56,478 nucleotides of DNA from an uncultured Gemmatimonadota bacterium (GCA_964510615.1 CAZEBA010000022.1:1-56478), one strand, 5' to 3'; counted from the first letter of the stretch, positions 30,375 through 42,799 are shown. Numbers and translations are program-made. The notes: a model not told the origin generated them from the sequence alone.

Positions 30375-30734
30375 ATGTCCGAGGGAGAGATCCATGAACC
30401 GCCTCGTCATCCCCAGGATCTGGAGCGCTTGCTGATCGAGCGCCAGTGGAAAGGGGACATCGACGGCATGGCAGCCCTGTACGAGCCGGATGCCGTGCTT
30501 GACGATGGTGGAGGAACACTGACAGTTGGCAGAGAAGCGATCCGGGCGTCGTTTGCGAACTTCACCGCAACTGGGAAGAAGTTCGCCGCCGGCGAGCAGA
30601 GTCCGGCCTTGATTAGCGGTGACCTGGCGCTGACATCGACGCGCCTTCCCGATGGCACCGTCACCGCGGAAGTGGCCCGTCGGCAAAGTGATGGAACTTG
30701 GCTCTGGGCGATCGACAAGTACTCGATCGTTTAG
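30375..30734 (+). CDS. NTF2-like (SnoaL / DUF4440 / ketosteroid-isomerase-like) protein.
   Basis: A GAAGGAGAGG RBS precedes the start. The protein is 119 aa with the W…DIDGMAALYEPDAV…WLWAID pattern. Confidence 0.5.
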   Translation: MSEGEIHEPPRHPQDLERLLIERQWKGDIDGMAALYEPDAVLDDGGGTLTVGREAIRASFANFTATGKKFAAGEQSPALISGDLALTSTRLPDGTVTAEVARRQSDGTWLWAIDKYSIV

Positions 30735-31036
30735 GCTAGCCCGGTTGGCTCCGCCCTGCGCTCGCTCGCCGGTCAGGCGAATCCGACCGGCCCCTCGCCG
30801 TTTCACGGAGCGGATGGCGCTCTGCCATGGAGTGCGCAGATTGTTCACATGGTCGCGGAGAGCGAGATCCGGGAGCGACGGACTCTCCTCTGGCTCCGAT
30901 CTGTGTAACACTCGGTAAGGAAACGCGTTGCGGCCCACTCGATGGCTCGAGCACTTCCGGACGCTTCGCTGGTTCACTCTCTGCATCCTTCTCCCGGGAA
31001 GCCGTGCTGCCGGAGTCGCTGCAAAAGGGGGGCAGG

Positions 31037-32236
31037 ATGCTCACGAGGTTCAAGCCATTCGGGGATGAGCGCGGAGTGGCCATCGTCCAGGTCGCATTGG
31101 CCCTGGCGATTCTGCTCGGCATGAGCGCGTTGGCCATCGATGTCGGCATGCTCTATGAGGTGCGCACCGAGCTCCAGCGCACGGCCGACGCGGCGGCGCT
31201 CGCCGGTGCGAGCGCGTTCATCGACTTTCCCGTCACCATGGCCCCCGATCCCGCGCGGCAGCGCGCCCTGCAGTACGCGCTGGCGAATGGGACCGCTCGC
31301 GCCCCGATTTCGGCCGGCCAGGTCGATATTCAGGTTCTGCAGGCGGAGGAGAAGGTGCGGGTGCGCGTGGACGCGACCGCCAACACCTTTTTCGCACGCA
31401 TCCTCAACGTAGATCTCGTCGATGTGGCCGCCCAGGCTGCGGCGGAGGCTGCCGTGGGAGGTGTGCAGGCGGTCTGCGTGAAGCCGCTGGCGATCCCGGA
31501 CCGCTGGCTCGATGCGGACGACGACGATGGGAACCGGATTTGGGACGATCCCGAGAGCTGGGTCTACGAGCCCCAGGCTCCCATGCTGGATCTGTACGCC
31601 CAGGCGGGCTCGCCCGACCCGACGGGGTACGGCAGCAACTTCACGTACGACGTGATGAGCGACTACCCCCTGGACTACGGCCGGCCGATGACCATCAAGG
31701 CGGCGGAGGACACCGGAGACCCCTCCGATGCTCCCGTGGACTCCTTCTTCTTTCCCTGGATCATGCCGGTCTCCGAGGGTCGCATCGGCGAGTGTCGGTG
31801 GCAGTCCGAGGGGGAGAGCGGGGCCGATCCGTACCGGGCCAACATCTGCAACTGCAACATGGCCACGATTACGCTCGACCGGGAATACGAGACGGAGAAC
31901 GGTGACATGGAGGGGCCGACCTTCGGGGGTGTGCAGGAGCTCATCAAGATGGACCCCGACGCGCACTGGGATCCGATCGCCAACGTAGTCAAGAGCTCGA
32001 AGTACGAGGACAACACGAGCCCGAGGATCATCAAGATCGCCACCTTCGATCCGGAGGAGTACCGGAAGCCGGGGAAAACGTCGATCAGGTTCAACAACTT
32101 TCTCAAGGTGTTCGTCGAGTCGCAGCCGACCGAGAAGGATCCCGTCCGGGCCCGCTTCATGGGATTCACCTCCGGCGTCGGAGCGCCATCCACCCCCGGA
32201 GGCACACTGGTCAAGGTCCTGCGGCTCGTGGAGTGA
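31037..32236 (+). CDS. TadE/TadG-like (Flp pilus-assembly / pseudopilin-like) protein.
   Basis: The N-terminus MLTRFKPFGDERGVAIVQVALALAILLGMSALAIDVGMLYEVRTELQRTADAAALAG matches the TadE/G-like N-domain. Confidence 0.6.
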   Translation: MLTRFKPFGDERGVAIVQVALALAILLGMSALAIDVGMLYEVRTELQRTADAAALAGASAFIDFPVTMAPDPARQRALQYALANGTARAPISAGQVDIQVLQAEEKVRVRVDATANTFFARILNVDLVDVAAQAAAEAAVGGVQAVCVKPLAIPDRWLDADDDDGNRIWDDPESWVYEPQAPMLDLYAQAGSPDPTGYGSNFTYDVMSDYPLDYGRPMTIKAAEDTGDPSDAPVDSFFFPWIMPVSEGRIGECRWQSEGESGADPYRANICNCNMATITLDREYETENGDMEGPTFGGVQELIKMDPDAHWDPIANVVKSSKYEDNTSPRIIKIATFDPEEYRKPGKTSIRFNNFLKVFVESQPTEKDPVRARFMGFTSGVGAPSTPGGTLVKVLRLVE

Positions 32237-32305
32237 TGCCCGGAACGGGGAACCGGTGAGAACGAATCTCCCTGAAAGCGATCTGGACAAGATACGGAGG
32301 CTTCC

Positions 32306-33061
32306 ATGAGTACCATGTTCGTTCGAGGTAGCACGCGTTGGGCAGGTATGGGGACGGCATTGGCACTCGGCCTACTCGGGTGCGGCAACGGCACCGGCCC
32401 CGAGGGCACCGGGCACGTATCGGTCGCCTTGAGCCGGGCGTCCGACGGCCTCGCCGCCGCCACCGGCCTCAACACCCCCACGTTCGATGTCGTGCCGATC
32501 GGAAGTGTCGGCTCCTTCAGCGTCGACGTCACGGCCGTCGAGGTCCACCGCGTCGGCACCGACGGGGACGGATCCACGGCCGAGTCCGAGGGCGAGGGTG
32601 AGGCAGAAGGGGGCAACGACCCCTGGATCCGGATCGACCTGACGGCGGCCGGGGAGGAGGAGGTCGACATGCTGGGTCTGCCCGAGACGGACGAAACCTC
32701 CTCGGGTTTCCAGGTCGCCCTCGACGCCGTACCGGCTGGTACCTACAACCTCCTGCGCCTGTTCTTCGACGGGGTGTCGCTCAGCCTGCTCGAAGACATG
32801 ATGATCGACGGGGTCCTTTACGAGGCGAATACCGAGCTGTCGCTCGAGATTCGCGTCCCCAGCGGCGACCAGTCGGGCATCCTCGTGCAGACGGGCACGT
32901 TCGAGGTTCCGGATGGAGGAACCGCCAGCATCGTGGTCACCTTCGATCCCGCCACCTCGCTGCAGAACGTGACAGCGACCGGCAACGGGGTCGTTTCCGT
33001 CGCCCCGGTGATGAGCGCAACGGTTGATGTCTCTCAGGCAGCGCCTGAGGAAGGGGCCTGA
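32306..33061 (+). CDS. Lipoprotein, possibly DUF4382-like.
   Basis: A lipobox (LLGCG) is present. The protein has acidic, Gly-rich loops. Confidence 0.45.
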   Translation: MSTMFVRGSTRWAGMGTALALGLLGCGNGTGPEGTGHVSVALSRASDGLAAATGLNTPTFDVVPIGSVGSFSVDVTAVEVHRVGTDGDGSTAESEGEGEAEGGNDPWIRIDLTAAGEEEVDMLGLPETDETSSGFQVALDAVPAGTYNLLRLFFDGVSLSLLEDMMIDGVLYEANTELSLEIRVPSGDQSGILVQTGTFEVPDGGTASIVVTFDPATSLQNVTATGNGVVSVAPVMSATVDVSQAAPEEGA

Positions 33062-33075
33062 GGACCCGGAAAGCC

Positions 33076-33747
33076 ATGAGTGAGAAGGGTTGGATGCGGG
33101 ACCCACGCGGTCTCGGCGCACTGCTGCTCGCTTGTGCCGCAGCGTGCGGCCCGCTGGACGCCGGCCAGGGCCGAGTCGAGGATGCTGACCGGCCGACCAC
33201 CGAGAGCTGGGTTGCTCAGCTGGCGGCTGGCACGAGCTTCGAGGTTCTCCTGGCCGGTGAGGTGGACACGCGCTCCGCGACGGTCGGGTCGCCGATCAGC
33301 GGATTCACCGTCGATCCGGTCCGATACGCCGAAGTCACCGTCATCCCGGCAGGCTCCCAGGTGAGCGGCACAATCACGTCGATCTCGACGAATCCTCCGA
33401 GCCTCGGCGCCCGCTTTACGGAGCTGAGGATGGGCGAGAGCTCGCATCCGATCCACGGGGCGGTCTACGACGCGCCCCTGACCGTCCGCTCCGAGATGAC
33501 CGATGAGGCGCTGAAGATTGGCGGCGGCGCGGGTGCCGGCGCGCTGCTCGGCGGTGTAATCGGCGGCGACGTCAAGAGCGCAGCGATCGGGGCAGCCGCC
33601 GGTGCCGCTGCGGGGACCGGCGTGGCCCTCGCCACCAAGGCCAAATGGGCCGTCTTGCCCGCCGGTTCGGTGCTGAGCGTCGTGTTGGAGCACCCGCTTC
33701 GCGTCGAGGCCAGCGAGGTGCCGACGGCCCTGGGGTGGATTCGTTGA
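33076..33747 (+). CDS. Lipoprotein with a glycine-zipper segment.
   Basis: A lipobox (AACG) is present. A C-terminal Gly-zipper reads GGGAGAGALLGGVIGG…AAIGAAAGAAAG. Confidence 0.45.
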   Translation: MSEKGWMRDPRGLGALLLACAAACGPLDAGQGRVEDADRPTTESWVAQLAAGTSFEVLLAGEVDTRSATVGSPISGFTVDPVRYAEVTVIPAGSQVSGTITSISTNPPSLGARFTELRMGESSHPIHGAVYDAPLTVRSEMTDEALKIGGGAGAGALLGGVIGGDVKSAAIGAAAGAAAGTGVALATKAKWAVLPAGSVLSVVLEHPLRVEASEVPTALGWIR

Positions 33748-34820
33748 CCCCAGCCGGCTGAGGTTCAGTCGTTTTTCCCGGAGCAATCTGGTCGGGTCAC
33801 TCGGACCATTCGTGACACTGGCCCGCGTATTGCCCGCACTCTTGGCATGCGGGGTGCCGGGTACGGAACTCGGCGGCAGTAGCTCCTCTGCTAGTCGGCC
33901 GGCGCAAAGGCGCGGTCCGACCCGGCACAAGGGCGGTGTAGGTCCCGAGGCCTTGCCGCCTTCTCCGTACTCCAGAGAGATCGCGAAGCCGAGACAGAAA
34001 GGACGGTCGTACGTGGATCACGAGAATGGGTTGCTGGCCGCAGGATACGACGGCCTGAAGCGCGAACTCACGGCAACCGAGTCCGACATCGAGAAGCTGG
34101 AGGTACGAGCGGAGAAACTCCGTGCAGCTCTCACTGCGCTTCGGGACCTGATTCCGGCACGCGGCCAGGCACCGACGAACGGTGCGGCGGACACTGATGT
34201 CTGGCTCAAGCACGATCCGGTTGTGTAGGCGGGCCCACGAACCCGGTGCGACGTCCGGTCGTTTCCCGACCGGCCCTGCTACTCCTCCTCGGTGCTCAGG
34301 CTCATCCCCCGAAGAACCGGAGCTAGCAGCAACTCCGCTCGCGCCGTGAGCGCGGAGAGGATGCTCCGCCAGCCGGTGGCCCGCTACGTTCCAGTGCGGG
34401 TCATCGGCAAAGTAGGCGAGCTGTCCGCGTTCGGCTGCGGCGCGGAGCACGGGTGTGAGGTCGACGAACGCGATCTACGCCGGAGGCGTAGGGGACGCAT
34501 TCCATTCGGAGACGCAGGATCGCCTCGAGCGCGTTCTTGAGGAAGCTCCGATCCACCGGCGTGGGCGGGCCTCCTCGCCAAGTCTCCGCCGGGTGGTCCC
34601 AGCGCTGCCCGAGCTCCCGAAGGTCGTTGCCCTCGTAGAATTTGCCCGGTAGTGGATTTCCCCACACGTCCAGTCCAGACTCTGGCGACTCGCCGGCAGT
34701 CCAGGCGTGCCAGATCGTAGACGTGGTTGTAAGGGTCGCTCGATCGCCCGGCAGGATCTCGACGTTTGGCACCGGGCTGCGAGAGCGACGAGCCCAAGAC
34801 TACATCAACGCCCGAGGTGA

Positions 34821-37073
<2,253 letters not shown>

Positions 37074-37152
37074 CGGCATCAGGGCAGAGGTGACCAGGAG
37101 CGCATGAAGGACCCACCAGGCGACAGGAGCGCATGACGTCTCCGCCCGGAGG

Positions 37153-38169
37153 TTAGTTCGGCACCTCGTCCGTGTTGGCCAGGCGGAGTCCGAGGTAGAA
37201 CATCAACCGTGTCACGCGCGCGGTCTTTTCAAAGTCGATCTTGTCGGCCTCGTCGGACCGCTGGTGGTAGTCGGCGTGCGGGCCGCTGGTGAACAGCGCC
37301 CCAGGGATGCCGTAACGCACGAAACTGTACTGGTCCGACCGCACGATAAGGTTGCGCTCGGGCCACGGATCCTCGATCACGTGCAGGCCAAGCTCGGGAT
37401 GGTCCCCCTCCACCCCCTCGGCCATCCGCACCAGGTAGCTCGAAGAGCTGATGGCGGCGACGGCATCGGCCCAGTTTCGTCCGACCATGTCCAGATTGAT
37501 GTTGGCCACGGTGCTCGCGAGCGGGATCGTCGGGTGGTCGGTGTACCAGAGCGAGCCGATGAGGCCGAGTTCCTCGCCGCCGAATGTCATGAACAGGAGA
37601 GAACGGCGGGGGTTCGGATCGAGGAGCGCGAAAGCTTCAGCCAGCTCGAGCACGGCTGCCGTGCCCGAGGCGTCGTCGTCCGCGCCGTTGAACACCGAGT
37701 CACCGTCGATCGGTGCGCCGATTCCCACGTGGTCCATGTGTGCGGAGAACACGACGAACTGATCCCTCAGCGCCGGATCGGATCCCTCGATCCAACCGAT
37801 GACGTTCGGCGCATCGATCTCGAGCGCCGCACCCACGGGAAAGCGCTGGACGTAGTCCGGCTCTCCTCCGGGGCGCAAGCCGATGGCTAGAAACTGCTTG
37901 ACGATGTAGCGGGAAGTCATTTCGAGGCCGGCGCTTGGCGTGGCGCGGCCCTGCATGGAGTCATGAGCGATCAACTCGATCCGGTCCCGGAGGTCCACCG
38001 CCGTGATACTGAGGACCGCCGCCTGAACCGAGGGATCCGCTTCGGGACCGGTGAGATCGGATGCGCAAGCCACGAGTGACACCGCCCATCCCCCCACGGC
38101 GAGGGCGTGCAGACAGTGTGCTATTCGGTGGCCGGAGCGGTGGCCGAAGAGGCTGCTGGGCTGGTTCAC
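37153..38169 (-). CDS. M28-family Zn aminopeptidase; a lipoprotein.
   Basis: A lipobox (LVACAS) is present. M28 metal-ligand regions (HMDHVGIG, NGADDDASG, GGEELGLIGS) are present. Confidence 0.7.
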   Translation of the reverse strand: MNQPSSLFGHRSGHRIAHCLHALAVGGWAVSLVACASDLTGPEADPSVQAAVLSITAVDLRDRIELIAHDSMQGRATPSAGLEMTSRYIVKQFLAIGLRPGGEPDYVQRFPVGAALEIDAPNVIGWIEGSDPALRDQFVVFSAHMDHVGIGAPIDGDSVFNGADDDASGTAAVLELAEAFALLDPNPRRSLLFMTFGGEELGLIGSLWYTDHPTIPLASTVANINLDMVGRNWADAVAAISSSSYLVRMAEGVEGDHPELGLHVIEDPWPERNLIVRSDQYSFVRYGIPGALFTSGPHADYHQRSDEADKIDFEKTARVTRLMFYLGLRLANTDEVPN

Positions 38170-38358
38170 GCGCTTCGCGTCCGTATGATGGGCCGGAGAG
38201 TGGTCGATCGGGCTGGTATAATGTAGCTTCCGCTCCCCATGGGAAACGTGCGGGCCCGCCCCACCGGGACGCGCGTGGCACCCTGAAGACGCTTCCTTCG
38301 TTTTCTCCGATCTGCCGAAGCCGCTACTCTAGCGTATCACCTATCGAGACGGTGTCGA

Positions 38359-39357
38359 GTGTCCATGCGAGGATGTCTTCCTGCCTGCGTTGCCTTTGGC
38401 CTCGCCGTCCTGCCCGCTCCCTTGGCAGCGCAGAGGATTATCGAGAGCTACGATCCGATTGACGGGTTCTTGCGGATCGGTCCGGAGCCGAATCGCAGGG
38501 TACCCATGACGGAGCGTGGGCATACTCTCATCCTCCCGGACGCCGGGTCGCCGACGCGTGGCGTCGTGGTCTTCATCGACGCTCGAAGATTCGACACGGA
38601 GTCGTTCGAACTGAAGTCCGGCGGATTGGAGACGGAGGCGTTGGCCCGTGATGTTGCCGTTCTTCACATCACCACGGGGAATCCGCTCGAGTTCCTGTTC
38701 GATGAGGCGGTCACGTATGGTCTGGCCGATAGAATTGCAGGGGTCCTGGAGGAGAATAACCTCGGCGAAGCTCCCATCTTCCTGGCTGGTCTCTCGCTCG
38801 GCGGGACGCGAGCGCTCAAGCTGGCCGAGTTCCTACGGGTCTACGTCGACCGGTATCACATTCAGGCTGCCGCCGTTGCGATCGTCGATGCTCCACTCGA
38901 CATGGTTCGACTGTGGGAGGCCGAGCGACGCGCGGCGGCATTGAACTTCCACCCGGCGGCCGCGGACGAGGGGCGCTGGGTGACCTATCTGCTCGAGACC
39001 CATCTCGGCGGCGCACCGGCGGACGCCCGGGCTCGATACGTGGAATACTCGCCGTTCGTATACGGCGCGGCGGATGGCGGAAACGCCGTCCATCTCAAGA
39101 ACGTGCCCGTTCGCGCGTACCAAGAGCCAGACGTCGACTGGTGGATTGAGAACCGGCGGAAGAGTTACTACGGCATGAACGCTCTTGATCAAGCGGCGCT
39201 CATCACTCAACTCCGCATTCTTGGCAACACCCGGGCGGAGCTGGTATCGAGCCACGGCCGCCGTGAGGGCTATTCGGAGGGGGCCTCGCCGCACACGTGG
39301 TCCATCGTGGACAACGGGGAGCTGGTCGAGTGGTTTCTGGACCAGGTCGGCCCATAA
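38359..39357 (+). CDS. Secreted alpha/beta hydrolase.
   Basis: A signal peptide is present. A nucleophile elbow GLSLGG is present. Confidence 0.55.
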   Translation: MSMRGCLPACVAFGLAVLPAPLAAQRIIESYDPIDGFLRIGPEPNRRVPMTERGHTLILPDAGSPTRGVVVFIDARRFDTESFELKSGGLETEALARDVAVLHITTGNPLEFLFDEAVTYGLADRIAGVLEENNLGEAPIFLAGLSLGGTRALKLAEFLRVYVDRYHIQAAAVAIVDAPLDMVRLWEAERRAAALNFHPAAADEGRWVTYLLETHLGGAPADARARYVEYSPFVYGAADGGNAVHLKNVPVRAYQEPDVDWWIENRRKSYYGMNALDQAALITQLRILGNTRAELVSSHGRREGYSEGASPHTWSIVDNGELVEWFLDQVGP

Positions 39358-39449
39358 CCGCTCAGCTGCTCACCTTCGCCTGGCGGTGGGCGGTGTCGCT
39401 GTCGCCGTGAGCCGTCAACGCAGACGTCAACCAGCGGTCAATGCAGACA

Positions 39450-39929
39450 TCAACCAGCGGTCGCGCCATCCAGCGGCTCGCAGCGCACGTCCGTCTTCAC
39501 CGAGTTGGCGATGAAGCACTCGGCGTGCGCGGCGGCATGCAGGGCATCGTACTCGGCTGCCGACGGACGTCTGCCGCCCGCGAAGCTCACGGCGGGGCGG
39601 AGCGTGACCCGGGTCATGGCCAGCTTGCCGCGCTCGTCTTCGGCCAGTACGCCCGTCGCCTCGTCCCTGTAGCTTTCGATGACGAAGCCTCGCCCTGCCG
39701 CTAGCGAGAGAAACCAGAGCATGTGACAGCTGGCCAGGGCGGCCACGAAAGCCTCCTCGGGGTCGACGGCAGCCTCCACCGAATGCGGGAGGGGGACGAC
39801 GTGCGGGGAAGCGGAGGCCGGCACCTCGACGCCGCCATCGAACGTCCAGCGGTGCGCCCGGCTGTAGCGGTGGTCCGTGAAGACGGCGCCGTTGCGCTGC
39901 CAGGTGATCACGGCCCGGTAACGGCTCAC
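39450..39929 (-). CDS. OsmC/Ohr-family peroxiredoxin-like protein.
   Basis: A GTG start follows GAGGAAGG and overlaps the upstream stop (GTGA). The motif AALASCHMLWFL…AECFIANSV includes two conserved Cys. Confidence 0.6.
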   Translation of the reverse strand: MSRYRAVITWQRNGAVFTDHRYSRAHRWTFDGGVEVPASASPHVVPLPHSVEAAVDPEEAFVAALASCHMLWFLSLAAGRGFVIESYRDEATGVLAEDERGKLAMTRVTLRPAVSFAGGRRPSAAEYDALHAAAHAECFIANSVKTDVRCEPLDGATAG

Positions 39930-40387
39930 CTCGCAGCCTTCCTCCACCGCTCTTCGATCCTCGCCAGGTAGTCCGCCGCGCTCGGGCCGGTCGACGACAG
40001 CATCGTATCCACCCACGCCTGCCTCTCCGCCGCAATCACCTCGAGATCCCACACGCAGACCGATTCACCTCCTTGGGCTGGCCGCCAGCTATCCTCCCGG
40101 CTTCTGCGCACCCACACGCGCAGAGGGAGCTCGTTCTCGTGGTCCCACCAGCCGAGAACGACGTAGTCCCCGGTGCGGCCCTGGTGTGCGATCAGGAACC
40201 CGAGCCCCGGACGGCCCTGGCTCGCGTCCGGCTCCGGCAGCTCTTCCTCGGCGAGGAGCAGTCCCGGCTCGAGCTCCGCCCAGGCCATCGGATTGTCGCC
40301 GTACACAATCGAGTAGAGCTTGAGCCTCCAGCTTCCGACTTCGCGAAGGCCGCCGAAGCGGATCCGGCGCGGCGCATAGGGTTCCAC
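39926..40387 (-). CDS. Hypothetical protein, translationally coupled to the OsmC gene.
   Basis: The 153-aa ORF is Trp-rich (VLGWWDHENELPLRVWV). No recognisable domain was found. Confidence 0.4.
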   Translation of the reverse strand: MEPYAPRRIRFGGLREVGSWRLKLYSIVYGDNPMAWAELEPGLLLAEEELPEPDASQGRPGLGFLIAHQGRTGDYVVLGWWDHENELPLRVWVRRSREDSWRPAQGGESVCVWDLEVIAAERQAWVDTMLSSTGPSAADYLARIEERWRKAAR

Positions 40388-40408
40388 GTACGACTCCTCC
40401 GTCGTGGA

Positions 40409-40864
40409 CTAGAAGAGGACGCCTCCGGTAAGAACGAACTGCTCGCCCCCGGCGAGCTCGAACCGGACCTCTACGAACGGGTGGACGGGGCCAGGCCCGA
40501 TCAGCGTTCCCCCCAGCAGATTGAAACCGGGATCCGTGTCCGACTCCCCGTCTCGGGAGAAGTACGAGATGTTCAGGCCTCCCCCTGCGTAGGGGGCCAC
40601 GCTGGTCGTGTTGACCTTGAAGAAATAGGCCAGGTTGCCGTTCAGCTCCCAGTAGGTCTGATCGTCGCCCGGGAAGAACCAGTCGAACATCGGAATGATG
40701 GCCAAACGATCCGCTGATCCAAGGTTGATCTGGACGCGGCCACCGATACCGAAGTCGGCCTTGCTCCCGACGTCGAGTTGCGGTCCGAATCTGGCTTGCG
40801 CATGCAGCTCCGGAACCCAGCAAACGCAGGACAACGCCACGGCCGCCAACAGAATCCTTCGCAT
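40409..40864 (-). CDS. Outer-membrane beta-barrel protein of the OmpW/OmpA-like small-barrel type.
   Basis: A signal peptide (MRRILLAAVALSCVCWVPELHAQA) is present. Alternating-hydrophobic beta-strands and a C-terminal aromatic residue (…LTGGVLF) are present. Confidence 0.55.
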   Translation of the reverse strand: MRRILLAAVALSCVCWVPELHAQARFGPQLDVGSKADFGIGGRVQINLGSADRLAIIPMFDWFFPGDDQTYWELNGNLAYFFKVNTTSVAPYAGGGLNISYFSRDGESDTDPGFNLLGGTLIGPGPVHPFVEVRFELAGGEQFVLTGGVLF

Positions 40865-40959
40865 GATGCCTCCGCAACGTTTCATCGTGGATGCCGATCA
40901 CGCTGGCAGTGACGAAAGAGCAATGCCTGTGCCAGGGGCGTAGCTGGCCGGCGGCTCCC

Positions 40960-41015
40960 CCCGATCGCCTGGTCTCAGCCCGTCCGGTTTCGGCCCGATC
41001 GCCTGGTCTCAGCCC
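40960..41015. repeat. Two 22-bp direct repeats in the promoter region of the outer-membrane barrel gene.
   Basis: cccgatcgcctggtctcagccc occurs at 40960-40981 and 40994-41015, a 34-bp period. Confidence 0.5.
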
Positions 41016-41084
41016 ACAGGAGGCGGCAGGTCGCTGTTGTGCGCGATAAACCTCGTGCCGGCTCTGCGTACGAACACAGGGGGA

Positions 41085-42005
41085 TCAGTCGAGGTAGAGG
41101 CCGCTGCCCACGATGAGAGTTTGCCCATCGAGTTCCGTCTTCTTTACGTAGCTCGACTTCCTTGAGGGTTCGGTCTCGCCTGGCTTCGGCCACAGATAGT
41201 CGACCCAGGCGGACTCCTTCGCATCGAGGGCGCCGACGATCTCGCGGTTGACGAACTTCCCGTCGGCGTCCTGCAGATCCCACAGGTTCCGACCTTCCAG
41301 CGTCGGCTGCGGCGGATTGACGATCTCAGTGCCTTGTTCATCTATGACAAAGACGTACGTGTCTCTGAAGCGATATGGGCCGGTTTGGTCCCGCAGCACG
41401 TCGAACGCGTCCACTCCCTCGCTTCGAATCAAGTCCACCGCACCGTCGACGAGGTCCGCCACGAACATGCGTTCCATCGGCATGTCATAGAGACCGCTGG
41501 CGACTACGTATTCCGTCCCATCCGGAGCCTGCGCCAGCATCGCATACGTGGTCTTCCAGCTCGGCGTCGTCTCGTCGGGCTTGGGCCACTGGTAGTAGGA
41601 CCAGCCAGCGCGCTCATCACCGCTCACGGAGCCGAGGAGGTGACGGATGAGCGGCTTGCCGCCGGCATCGGTCAGATCGAGGATGTTGGTACCCTCGAGC
41701 TCCGGATTGGCGGGGTGGCACACCTCCATGCCGTCGAGATCGACGATAAAGAGATATCGCTCGCCGTCCAGCCACCGACTGTCCTCCTCCTTGAAGGCGG
41801 CACACGCCTCCAGGCCGTCGGTCGCCACCAGTGCGGCCCCGTCGCTGACGAGGGACATCAGCTGTCGGGTTTCGTCGAAGGCTGGCGATCGGAGATCCGC
41901 CTCCCGGACCACTGGCTGCTCAGCGACCGGTTCTTGGTCGTCCGCACGCTCGCAGCCCGCGATCAGGGCAAACAGGATCGGAATGCAGGAAACGCCACGT
42001 TTCAT
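41085..42005 (-). CDS. Periplasmic lipoprotein built of two tandem Cache-like (sCache/dCache) sensor domains, with no output domain.
   Basis: A lipobox (LIAGC) is present. Two ~130-aa repeats share the pattern …RYLFIVDLDGMEVCHPANPELEGTNILDLTDAGGKPLIR… / …TYVFVIDEQGTEIVNPPQPTLEGRNLWDLQDADGKFVNR…. Confidence 0.55.
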   Translation of the reverse strand: MKRGVSCIPILFALIAGCERADDQEPVAEQPVVREADLRSPAFDETRQLMSLVSDGAALVATDGLEACAAFKEEDSRWLDGERYLFIVDLDGMEVCHPANPELEGTNILDLTDAGGKPLIRHLLGSVSGDERAGWSYYQWPKPDETTPSWKTTYAMLAQAPDGTEYVVASGLYDMPMERMFVADLVDGAVDLIRSEGVDAFDVLRDQTGPYRFRDTYVFVIDEQGTEIVNPPQPTLEGRNLWDLQDADGKFVNREIVGALDAKESAWVDYLWPKPGETEPSRKSSYVKKTELDGQTLIVGSGLYLD

Positions 42006-42069
42006 GGTTGCCTCCCAGTGATGTTGGATGCGACCAAGGAGGGCGCGGCCTAGAGCCCTCCGCCAGTCG

Positions 42070-42516
42070 CTACTTGCCTGGCAAGACTCCGGTCAGCCAG
42101 TGCATGACGTTCAGGACGAATTGGGCGTTCTGGGGTGCCTCGGGGTGATTCATGCCGAATGGGCCGTCGTCCTCCACCTGCGCGGTAAACATCGCCGCCT
42201 CCCCGAACACGGCAACTCGCCCGACCCCGTAGCTCAGCGCCGCGCCCTGCAGCATCCCGTCCGCTCGAATCCGGGGCACCCGGTCCGTCTCCTCCTCGAA
42301 CGGATCCCAGTGCAGGACCAGCGTGGCATGGTCGCCGAGGACCAGCGGACCTTCGCCCGACGGGAAAGCCGGAGAGCGGACGTCGGGCTCGAAGTCGGTC
42401 GAGGCTCGCTGTTGGCCGACAAGCGGCTTGGGCGGGAAGAGGAGGCCAGCCGCGAGGATCAGGAGACCGATGCGGAGACGGCTGACCTTATTCAGGATGC
42501 GAGATCGGGTCGGCAT
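42070..42516 (-). CDS. Hypothetical secreted protein.
   Basis: An internal Met start gives [29 protein letters not shown] (signal peptide). No confident domain was found. Confidence 0.35.
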   Translation of the reverse strand: MPTRSRILNKVSRLRIGLLILAAGLLFPPKPLVGQQRASTDFEPDVRSPAFPSGEGPLVLGDHATLVLHWDPFEEETDRVPRIRADGMLQGAALSYGVGRVAVFGEAAMFTAQVEDDGPFGMNHPEAPQNAQFVLNVMHWLTGVLPGK

Positions 42517-42799
42517 ACCCCTTACCGCCGTTCGATCAGGGTCCGTACAGGAGCCTGCGCCTTCACACACTGACTCCATGGCCTGTCCGCTGCAACCGAA
42601 GGCCGGCCCGCGGACCGCTGCGCGCGCCTATTCGGCTGCGGCGAGGCGATCGCGCAACCAACCGTCACAGCAGCCGACTCCGTCCGCACGATCCTGGTCG
42701 ACTTCGCCCACCACAACTTCCTGGACGTCGTCGAGAGCCACGCGGCCTCGGATCAGATCGACCCGGACGGTTGAAACGTGGCTTTGCCGCCGCTCTCCG

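Noticed and set aside
30735-31036. Looked for a small Flp/Fap pilin gene upstream of the TadG-like gene.
   Set aside because: No short ORF with the G/XXXXEY pilin processing motif and a hydrophobic helix was seen.
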